From NCBI GenBank assembly GCA_002633005.1, contig NMRA01000292.1, forward strand, positions 271,328 to 335,327: a stretch of 64,000 bases of DNA. Direction: 5' to 3'. Positions 44,867 to 56,800 of the stretch are shown in pieces (the stretch's first letter is position 1; each line of letters opens with the position of its first letter). The notes below the pieces were generated by a model, which worked only from the letters and a program-made list of their open reading frames with translations, was not told where the DNA came from and searched no databases. Position numbers and translations under genes: made by a program. The DNA is from Phoronis australis (Eukaryota; Animalia; Phoronida).

Positions 44867-47800
44867 AAGTAGCAGCAGCAGCAGAAGGAAGCAGCAGGGG
44901 CAGCAACAACAGCAGGAGAAGAAACACCAACAGCAGCAGCAGTAACAGCAGCAGCAACAGCAGCAGCAACGGCAGTAGTATATTTTTATTGAAGTGACAT
45001 GTGCTTAAATTTAAACAATTTAAACAAGAATTTAAAAAGCTCACCCACCCACTGGGTTTATAAGTCACTGATTACACAGTAGTATGTAAACACCTGTTGC
45101 GTTTCAGAAGAACAGAAAGCTCCCTGAACAAATTAACCATTAAAAACTTAACTTATCTATATCAGATAAATTCAAAAAAGTGGAGTGCAAGTTGATGGTC
45201 TCATTATATAGTTTTCTACGTAAGTCTATTTACTATGGCCCAGGCCTTTCCGACGGCACGGTGCTAACTACTGTTCTAAGTGCCACGACACGAGATATGT
45301 GTGATCAGTATCAAAATAAGTACCGTCCGCTAACTGCGAGGAGTAAATATGGCGAACCCAGGCAAAGCGTACCTTGGTAACTCGTTTTAATGATGCCCTC
45401 GTCACCTGATATGTCATTATGTCCAATGCATCTGTCGTAGTTGTCGTAACAGAACACGCCGGCGTCCCTGTCATGCCGATATCCGCAGTGAGTCCATCCA
45501 AAGCCCAACACGGTGGGACAGTCGAACAGGCTGAAGCCAGGACCATTTGGAGGACAGCCTGTGTTTGAGAACTCCATGTATACCGGCCCTATGCCTCTAC
45601 CAGCATGACTGTGGGTTTGATGTCTTCCGAAATCGTACACGTAACCAAACTCATGACAGAGAGCTCTGGCATGGTGCCAGCCCCAGTAGTTGTGGCACAC
45701 TGTTCCCAGGTGACCGGCAAAGTCGAGTTCTACGTAGCCGTAGTTTGATCTTCCACCATTTAGTCTATATTCCTGGTAATATTCTAAACAGAAGCGATTA
45801 AGCGATTGAAATTAACTTGAACAGGAGCAGAGAGAGCCGATGACAGAGATTTATATGGGAGTTGGCAGGAAACGTCCTCTTCTAAGGTAGGTGATTTAGT
45901 ATTAAAGTAACCACGTACAATAGCGGCTATAGAGGTCGCGGTTTAGGAGACACAGAACAGTTCTCACAGGGGTTTGCCTATCAGAACACACGTCAATGGA
46001 CTCTTCACCCTTTCTTCACTCTGTCAAAAACCGCATGCAAATAAAGAAAAGTTTTGAGTCATTTCACATCACAAGACCTACATATGAGCACAGAAATTTT
46101 AGTCTCTCTTGTATTTTTGACCCTTTCACTACCAGTGAAAACCAAACTAGACTAAGAAAAGTAAGGGGGAAAATGCAAAATCGGCACTTTTCACCCCAAA
46201 ACCACCACTTCCGCGCTGATGATCGACTAAAGCCAACATAAAATTCCGAAAGGAAATTTCCTACCGACTCCAAAAATGTGGCCCAAAAGTACTGTCAACC
46301 AACTAGTATTTTGCAAATCTGGCTTGTTTGAGGGCTACCTGAAATCGCGGCCAATTTTTCAGTTGCTACACAGCAATGCACAATTGCAACAGGGGCCCCA
46401 CCATCTTGAAGGAGAGTGAAGCTACAGCCGAGAATGTGGCCTTTTTCATTCTCAGCATGTTTACAAATGCAAACAAACCACATTCACTGAGCCTACATGC
46501 AATGCCTACCTACAAAATGCCCCCAAACGTGGCGTACCCCAAAATTTTAATATTTTGAGGGTGCAAATTGGCCGCGGCCGCAGCCTAACTGTTCAGTACC
46601 ACCTTACCTACCGTTACATACCACCCACCACGACCACAACTGCAACATCATCACTGTTTGTTTCGCTTTTGTTCAAGTCTTTATACATGTACAGTATTAC
46701 AATTAAAGGATGCACGTGTTTAATTAGGTTGACTGCACTAACTCGGTCACGAAAGTTCTACGTTAAACTGTTTGAAAGATCATTCAAAATTCATCGTTCG
46801 ATAAATCGTGGCTACGCTCATGCAGTTAGCACATTTTACAATGCACAGTTTACAATACAACATCCGTCACCTTCAGCGTCTGAACAGAAGACCGCCGCGT
46901 CACCATACGTGTTATGCTGTTGACAAGAATCATGGCCGCCAAAACCATCATGGCTGCAGTTAAGTATGCCCGGCTCACTTCCGTTGCATCTCAAATTATT
47001 CATCCAGTTCATCACATGTTGCATTGAGTAATACGGTTTGGCCGCACCTATCTTGTATCTAGAAAACAGTTGTCATCACCAACTTATGGTTACTGACTTT
47101 CCGCACCTTTAAGTTTTTACAAAAGTACATTGATATTAAATTCGTCTGTAACAGGGTTGTCGCGTAAACACTACGCAACAGTCCACGTCTCACAGTTTAC
47201 AATATTACTTAGTAGGTCTACAGGAATGTGTAACGTAATCCGACTGCCCCCAACACTTTCCGTCACAGTGATGCTCTTCGAATATATATTCGAGCGTTCG
47301 ATGATGAGGTTTCAAGACTACAGAACCTTCTCCCCTAAGTCAATAGTTGGAACCGGGGAGGCAAGACATCTGCCGCTGAAAAGGCATGAACAACTCTTTT
47401 CTGGTTTGACCAACGCCCATCTGAAAAGTGAGTTGCTTTTTGGATTAGAAGACACCTTGCCACCATTAAGTACTGACTTTGGGGAGAAAAAGCCACAACC
47501 TTAGACCGGCATCTTTGAATGACCTAACTCTCTGTTACCTCGGTTGCCCTACAAACAAACTGTGTAAATGAACAACTTTATGCTCTTTCTTTCGGGAGGA
47601 GTTTTATGCATTAAAATGTTTATATTAATCAGGTTCTAGCTTTTTGTAGAGTTTCCAGAAAATGCATGTAACTAAAATGTAATTTAAGAAATTTCATTGA
47701 CTAAATTTATTTCATGGTTTGAATTTGTGAAATGTCCTTCTTACAGGTATCCTGCTGGATGGAAATGTAAGCTGTACGTTCTCCGCTTTTATTGGTTGAT

Positions 47801-50800
47801 TTCGTACTGGTGTGGATGATAGGCATTCCACAATCCACTGTAATGCAACTAATTTGTCAATCTGAAAGACAATCACTTAAGTGTACTTTCGGCAGTCATT
47901 TACACTATACGTTTCATACAAACCCAGCTTCTCTACACACAACTTGAGCATCTATGTCATCGAATCCGTTCGAGCAGATGGTTCCTTTAAGTCTTGCATA
48001 TTCCACGAACACAAGGCCGTATGTTTGACCAAGAAAAGTTTTTCCTCTTTCTATCGTGACGCGCCAGTCTGAAATATATGATTGGTACCCAAACAGTCAG
48101 TGCGCAATGCTCTTACTTGCAAGAAATAAATAATTAACCCGTAGCAGACGACAATCATTGTGTCAATGAGAGAAGCGATTTCCTCCCAAACAGCATGTGT
48201 ATGAGAAGGGATCTCAGAAGGTATAAAGAGGCCAACCTCCTGCATCAATCTCAACAATGGTTTTCGCGATAAGTCGAATCCAAAGAGGTCGTCATTTCTT
48301 AAAATTTCCTTTGTTATTTTTGGTCGATTTCAAAATCACGACGCATGGAAATGGTCTGCTACTGCAGTTCATATCTTTATGGAACTTATACAGTTGTACA
48401 CAAGACGTTAACACCAGCACAACGTAACAAACCTTACTTGCAAAGAGGTCCTCATTTTCTTCGTAGCAGACGACACCGACATCTTTGTTGTGAGAGTACC
48501 ACTGAATCAACCCTTGCTGATGTAATTCTTCCCGATCCTCTTTCCAAAAGTTATCCCCATAACCAGCTGCGTATGGGCAATCCTGGCAATTGTAAGATGT
48601 ATGGATGAACTGTTAATTACTTTTAAGTTATCAAAATGTTAATTCTTTCCAACAATCTTGTTGCAAAATTGCTGAATTTTCCACAAACACAATTAAATTT
48701 TGGAGTTTAACATTCCATTTGATTTAAAACAAAGGACCATAGGAATATTTTTTGTTTTACTTTCTAAATACTTACTTAGTGGTTCTCTAAAATACTAAGG
48801 ACAAGTTATATAGTAGTGGGCGTCGAATAACCGTTACAAGAGAGGAACCATTCTCCACCGCGAAACCTGAACACATATCCCAACATTTACCACGGACATT
48901 TTGTATTCATAAAAGGTGTTACATACCATGCCTGTAACGGAAATTGAATCCCACGATAAGGATGTTATGAGAATAAAGGGCTTAACTGTCGTTTTTAGCC
49001 GTAGTTTTTAAGGCGAAATGATACTTCAACTGATTCAGAAGTGTAAAGTTAGAATTTTGTGTTTCACCTTTACTGGAAGATCATAAATTAAAGAACAACA
49101 AAATAAATGTTCATAATTTCTCTTTATCTCAGTGGCTTTGATTTCTCATCTTCACAAAGCTCAAAGTCATATGTATGAAAAAAATAGGCAGCAAACCGAG
49201 ACATTTATTATGCTTTAATAATACAAACAAAGACTGGCAGACAAAAGTGCTATTTTCATACCATTATACCATTCTAGTGAACAAATGCCTTCTACAGCAC
49301 TCTGTTTGCTACCAGCCTGTCAACCTATACATAACCATCAAGTAGTGTAAGCGTGTAGTCTCGAAGTGTTTTAAAAACTGATGTAGTCTCAAAGCAGGAG
49401 TGAACGTACCGTAAGGCTGTTTTCAGTTCCCTCACATGTAACGTTCTTCAGCCACTGTGCATATTTTCTGTGATGCCGCCACATTCTACCCGGCGCTGAA
49501 ATACCACCGGCATATGGCTTAACACCATTGTACTCCAACTGTCTACAGACAACGCTTGCCTCTACGTCCGTCCACACACCCGGATCTGCGCTAACTGTAC
49601 CCCATTGGGTTTTATAATTAACAAACACGTGACCATACCGTTTGTTATCGCCATCCATAATCCTCACCATAAAGTCGTCACTGAAGGTATTGGTCGAGGT
49701 ATAGCATTCTACGTAAGCTTCCGAATCTCTGTACAAACAGTCGGGATCCGGATAGTGTTCACCCCACTTTTCATCCATAGGACAGTCGAGCAAATTCGTT
49801 TCACTTCCTGTGCAGTTGATATGCTTTTTCCATATGGGTAACCGTTGGTCACCTTGATCCATAAGGCCACAGCACAAAGGTATGCCGGCATCAAAGTTCT
49901 CGTAACCAATCGTCGCGGCATAAGTTTTGCACGTAACCAAAGCATCCTCTGTAGTCCAGTCAGGATCGCATATCATTCCTGGGGCATTGTAGTGAGTCAA
50001 AAGGACGTGCCCATATTTTCCAGTCGTAGGTTGAACATTTAATGTTACCCGGTTCACTGTAGATAGTAAGTATAATCTTCAAAAATAACCATTATACGAA
50101 AATGTACGTTTTCCATGCAAAAACAAAGTTAGTGAAACGCTAATTTTGCCATCAGCATCAGAAAACGGCATCATCATCATCATGAGGTTTGAACGTGAAC
50201 CAGGCGATAATACGACTCGAAAGAACAGTCCAAACATACCAACAGATTAACTTAGGCTAAAATGAAGCGTAGCAGTCCGAAATAATAAAAGTGTGAAACC
50301 TTGCAACTAATGATATGACAACGTTATGTTGTATGAATGATATAGCTGTCCAATAGTAACGCTCATGAATGTCAATGTTACTTTGGGTACCATAAGTCAG
50401 ATTTCATGGTTTCAGTCCAGCATTCTCGAAGTCTGGCTAGACCTAACGACCTTCTTACCATTGCCGAGTTGATCCACAGGCTGCTGGTCAAGTGAAATGG
50501 GTTCGGAGCTACATGTAGGGCCAACGTGCCGTCAGCGGGCACAATCTATTTCTGTTTTGGGGAAAGTACAGTTTGGACGGGAGGCGAATAATTAAGTCCG
50601 ACTCTTTCAGTGCTCCTATTTTTCTAATGTACTAGAAACATACCGTACCGTAAGTATTTGCTTCGTCGAAGCAAAGTGCTCCTGCAGTACTTTTCCCGCT
50701 TCGTTCTCCATGGGAAGCGCAACTGCTAGTGGATGTGTAAGAACAATCCCACAGCGATGTTTCCGTGCCATCGCACTGGAAGTTGGACAATCCGTAACTT

Positions 50801-53800
50801 GCTCCCCATGTTTCAGAGTGGAAAGTACCGCGAGTGAAAGCTTTCCCACCGGAAAATCCCATGCTTTTACAGGCTACCTAAGTATTCATAACATATATTA
50901 GCTGATTACCACTTGGTCACACTACAATTAACGAATACTGTAATGAATGACGCAACGGTATACGAATAGCGCGTGAAGATGGCAACTCAAAGAATCGCGG
51001 GAAGTCGGGATCTTAACTAAAACTTGAGGCGAATAAAAACGTGTTGAGCTCTCAACTGCTCACATGTTGTCATAGTTATAGAAAGAGTTTTGCACCAGTG
51101 TTACCGTAATCTTGGTAATTTTGATATTAGGGTCAATATCTACCTTTGCATCATCGTCGTCCCATCCTTCGTCACAAATTTGCCTTTTCCATTTATTAGA
51201 ACTCCCCGCTAACCAGTAGTTTAGCCGGCCATAGTTAAACCCGTTCTCCACAAATACCGCTACAACATCACAAAAGACACTCTTAAAGCAAAACGCATTA
51301 ACTGGGAGATGATTTCGAAATAGTGCTTGCTTATACGTTCATCGCTTTAATTTAAGGTTATCTAGGACCTTTATAAACGACCTCAACTCTAAGTCAAATA
51401 TCGAAAAACTATGCTTTGTTAATCATTAAAAGTATATATTTTTGCGAAAAGAGAAAGATCGAGAATTCTAAGAATATGCTTCTTACTACTGTGTCTTTAT
51501 CATTGTCACGTGACCAAGTTTTAAGTCAAATTTTAACGTGCAAGAAAGGTACGTTCATAGCAAAATATCCCCCAGACGATTTTACTAAAACTTTTTTTAA
51601 ATGAAAACTTAATGTTTTGTCTCAAAAACGCTTTTAGGAGTTTTTGATTATTCATTTATTTCGGATTTTATGCCAAATTAAGTCGCAAAACATAGTGTAT
51701 TTTTATAGAAAAACAGCGGTCTTGTTCGTATATCGCTGGGTTTGCAAAAACTATGCATTTTAAATCAAAATAAAGACACTGTTCTTGGTCACAATTTGTG
51801 TGATGAGGTAAAAAAAGTTACCATGCTTGGACTTACACGTCTTGTACACCTTAAAATAATTGTAAATCCTGTTTATGCAACTCAAATGAAAAGATGAGTA
51901 TATCATAAATTAATTTGAAAGAACTCACGTTACGAGCTCTTGAGAAATAAACTTTTCATTCCCAAAATCACGCATGAGAATGCATTCTCGTACTAGCACC
52001 ATCCTGCCTGCCTGCCTCTCTCCCTCCCTCCCACGCCCGGCCTCGCTTCTTTCTGGCCTCCCTTTTGGTTTCCCTCTCTCCCCCAACTACCTTCATTCCT
52101 GCCTGCCTCCCTTCCTGTCTCTCCACCTGCCCGCCTGACTCTCTCCTCCCTCCCCATCCGTCCCTCCCTCCTTTCATACCTGCCTGACTCTCTCCCCTGA
52201 CTTCCCTCCACCCTCCACTAACCACCCTCCCAAGTCACCCCTGCCTACCTGTCTCCTTCCCTCTCTCCCGGTCTCTTTCTCTCCTCCACTAACTCCCACC
52301 TCCCTACTTCCCTTCATCCCTGCTTGAGTCTCTCCCTGCCGCCCCCCAATATCCATATCCTGCGCTCTTACTTACAGTTTTGGTTTGTGAAACACATTAC
52401 GTTCATATCTGATTGGTGTCTTCCACTGCAGTGGTACCATCCGGTGCCCCATCCATAATGTGGACAGTCAAACAGACTACTCTCGGACCCAGAACATTTA
52501 CTGTTGTAAAGCCAGATCGGCTGGGTGTCATTGCCTTAAAACAAAACATTCCAACATTAACTACTGCTCTAGAAAATAATGCCTTGATTAGCACAATTGA
52601 GTTTGAGACCTGTTTAATGAAGACTGACTTAAGACAAAAGACCAAAAACGTACCTAAGTTGAGACCAAAATTCGAGCTCAGTTAAAACTGAAGACAAAAA
52701 TTCAGAAAAGACACAACACAAAGTTGGATTTTGCTCTTCGATGTTAACTTAGACATAAATTCAGTCCGTTTTTTGACATAAGATGGTCATACAAACTATG
52801 ATTTCCCACCCATTGCGAATTCACAAAACTATGCAACGTGGTGTGTGAAATAGGGTATCCGACTTGCTGTTTTAAAGAAAAAAGGATCCCGCGATCTATT
52901 TCAGATGGCATCAGGTGATGTTGGAAAAGAGAAGTCTGGCGCATTTCAGCTGCCAAGTAAAGAATACCTCATCACCACATCAGTTTTGAGAAAACAGAAC
53001 AGAACCAGATATGCTATTTTCTTTGGTGTAATTCTATACCAAATGTTTTCATATATGGCTAATAAGACCTTTTACTTCAAAAACAAGATGGGCGTGATTC
53101 TTCACCAATTCTTTAGCACAACAATGATTGTCAAATAAAAATTTAGAATTTTCTACTTTTCAAGGACTGCCTACCTTGCAGTAATGGGAACTTTACCAAC
53201 TATTGTTTTACAATTGTTACACAGTTATAGACTGAGAAATTCTTAATTTCATTTTCGATGAAAACTTTGACAAAATAATATTTCATTTGTCGATCATATT
53301 GTGTGCTAAATAGGTGGAGAATTGCGGCAGTACCTGTTCTAGGTTTGGGTTGGGTGATGTAGTAACCATATCCATTGTGATAACCTAGCTGCTTGCAGAC
53401 GACGATCGCTCTATTCCACTCGTAGCCTGTGCTGTGGTGGCATACTGTGCCCCATACGCCGTTGATGGCTATTTCCACAAGTCCGTAGTTTGGACCTGGG
53501 TTCAAGCGGATCTGTGGTCCTAAGCAGAGATTGGATACATTTTTGCACCAGTCTGAAACTATTGTTGAGCTTTGGGCGAAAATGGTTGTCCGTGAATTAC
53601 TGGCTTTGGGAGAAAAGGTTGTCTGTGAATTAGTGATACTTCCAAAACTTTGTCTCCATAATTGCGAAATGCATAATGCGTGATGCATATACATTGAAGC
53701 AATGGTAATGCCTTCCTGATTGAACTCATTGCGTATAAGATGATACGTTTTCGGCTCATTTTAAAATACAACTCGACTAGTAAAAATTCACGTACCCACA

Positions 53801-56800
53801 GCCAAACCTTGCCAGGAAGCCAGTAAATGTTTCATGCATTCTAGGGCGCAGACAGCAATTGTTTCACGTGGACGACGCTGTGAGAACGCGTATTATTATT
53901 TTACATAGTTGTGGCTCGAATGCCCTGCTTTTTTACAGCTTTGCTTATAGTCTGATGATTATTTGCGGTACCATTTCGTGACTATAGACGATACAAACAG
54001 AAAGCTCATGGAGTTTGTTACTACCACATCAACCTATTGTAACACGGTCAACTTTGAAATCTACCGTTGTCATTGAAACAGATGACCGCGGCGTATCTGT
54101 CACTGCTTGATTTCCAACCATAGTCAGATACTGATGCTCCAGGGCAACTTCCCAAGTTGGCTTCGCTTCCGCCGCATCCTGGGGTCTTCATGAAGATACG
54201 GCGATTGGAAGTTTGAGATCCCGGGGTCGCCTGTCCTGTTGCGAAACCTAACTGCTTGCAAACCTGTGGTACATTTGAATAAACGTGCACTTAAAAAGAA
54301 CTAGTCATAAACAGCCGGAAGGATACTAATGAATTTCAATAATTGCTCTACGAAGTTTCGTCGGATGTCAATCCATGATATTAACAGTGAAACTTAAATG
54401 AGGGAATAGTTTTATCACATATCCAAATTTTCGTACACTGTCAGTGGATCCGACTATTTCGCAATATTGCAATTTCTATTAAGCCTCTTAGCTTCGAAAA
54501 TACAAATTTAAACTGCATTTCGTCCTGTTTAGCTGGCAAATAAAACGGAAAAAGTATTTGGCCGCCTCATTAAATCGGCCTTATTTCGTTGCTGCGATAG
54601 GATTTCATTTCATGTGCGCCATTTTCGAATTCGGAATTTTAGGGTAGGCCAACCTCTATGAACTCAGAAGTGTTGTCTTAAGTCGCTGATGATTCCGATA
54701 TTCTTGTTTGTAACAGAAACAGAATCTTATCACGGTAAGGAGAATTGAGACCGACATACGAAAGGAAAAGGCGTAATTCGATTCTCGTTTTTATAGCTAG
54801 CTAAACAAGACAAAGTGTAGGTTTAAGTTAAGTGTCAAACAATTGTCTTGATTTAACAAGCGCAAGATACATTTCACAGTGGTAAATTCTCAAAAAGAAC
54901 GTCATCCGGTTGTCGCCTCTCTTCTGAAAGACCTCCTCTTAACACCACTTACCACAAGAGCATCATTATCTGTCCAGCCTGTGTGGCTTACGGTGCCCCA
55001 AACATCTGTGACCTCTGACACTTCCACGCGACCCCAGTGAGGACCGGAAGTGGGGTCATTCTCTGCCAAACGGATATTCACTGAAATGAAGATCGACCAG
55101 CTCAGGTTCATGTATAAGAATTCATGAATTAACAATAAAGATAATGTTTTTTGTCTTTATTCTTTTGCTATTTTGTTTTTCGGGATTTGGTAATTGTACA
55201 GTCCTTGAGAATAATTTAACTTTTAGGTTAAGAGATGGTTAACTGTGGCTCGAATAAAAACAATACCGGATCACAAATTTGGCCACCATACTAGATTGAA
55301 ATGGATAATTTTGTAAAAACAGCAAGCCAATCCTAATTTGATTTCTGCCTGTCATACACGACACATTCAAGAACTTCGAACTAGTCAGTGCATATCATAA
55401 ATTCCCATCAATAATGCTTATATTCGAATGAAAGGCCATCGCATTTTAAATTATCTTCAGAAACACATCTTTTAGAAATATGGATTCTATTGTAACCTTT
55501 CAAGACGTACTGTTTTGTTTTATTATTTAATACAATATTTTCACGGAGGGGTTTTAGTCAGTCAATACATTATTAATTATGATAGTACTCGCCATGGCTA
55601 ATTTGCAGAAAACACAAGAACAATATCGACTGACCTGAACCCGAAGAAATGTTATGGCCTTGAAGTCGAATACAGACATTCCGGATCGTTGCATATTTCA
55701 GTACTCCCAGAAAATACATTATTTCGCTTGCACGCGGAAATTTTATGGTTGGCTTAAGTCTTTATTTTTTCATCGGCACTGCTACAGAGGATTAACGTTT
55801 ACTTGAATCTTCAGAAAATGTAGATTGCTTTCTCAACGAATTCTAGTTTTTGGAGTTGTGAAAGAACAAGCTTTTTCAGTATCGTCGAACACACGGCCAA
55901 ATAGGTACGAATATAACGTGAGGTAAGGTTCCATCAGCAGCTTCTTAGCATGCTAACAGATGATTATTTGAGGTACACAGGAGTTATGAAACTAAGTAAC
56001 AGCTTGTGAATGCTGGGAAATTAAAAAAACGTAAGTTTACTGAAAAATCCCAATGCGAATTCTACTGAATCATTCGAACCTAGTGTGACGGTCAGTTAGC
56101 CTTGGGCTTAGTCGTTTTGAAAGTACAGTAACACCTTTCTAACCTAATCGTTTAAGTGAAGGAGTAACATTTCCGAGTCTTTGACGGTAAACATGACATT
56201 TTCCCAAATAATTGAGTAAATTAAATACATCGTAATCGGGTAATTTACAAAAAAGTTATCTCTTGGCTTGGGATAAGTAAAGTTAGATTATGTTTGTAAA
56301 TAATAATTGACCTGAAACATATCGAAACGTCTTTCTCACAATACAAGATGACGTATATTTTCTAGCTTTTTACAAAACTTGTTAAGACTGTTGGTTACCA
56401 GTCTTCACCATAAACTCATTTGTGACGACAATTCGATGATGAAAACTAACCTGGAACATTAATCTCGTATCATTAGTAAAATCAAAGGAGCAACCATACA
56501 GTGTCCTCCACGTTAATATGTGATTCCCCTCTTCAACTGATAGGTTGGTTCTTTGTAAATGCATTCAATTAATATTCGCTTGTTTGTAATATTTGCTAAG
56601 AATTTTGAGAGGTTTGGAAGACTTACAGTAAATTTCGGATACCGGCATCACTTACAAAAGAATGTTGGTATTATACCAGATTGACTAATATCGAAAATCT
56701 TCGTTCTTCTCAATGTTACAAATTTGCGTAAAGTAATTCAACTCTCCAAACCAAAATATATTTAAAAAATTCTTTAAATACATACCGTATTTGTCATCTG

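Noticed and set aside
44781-45068. Poly-Leu/Ala ORF (or poly-Gln on the other strand)
   Set aside because: Translation of an intronic CAG microsatellite; the flanking CUB exons join in phase without it.
47745-47840. Possible Sushi-like exon (DCGMP...) in the SRCR gene
   Set aside because: It would interrupt SRCR6, and the flanking exons already join in phase 2 without it.
51968-52356. G/R/E-rich ORFs
   Set aside because: Translation of a low-complexity purine tract in an intron.
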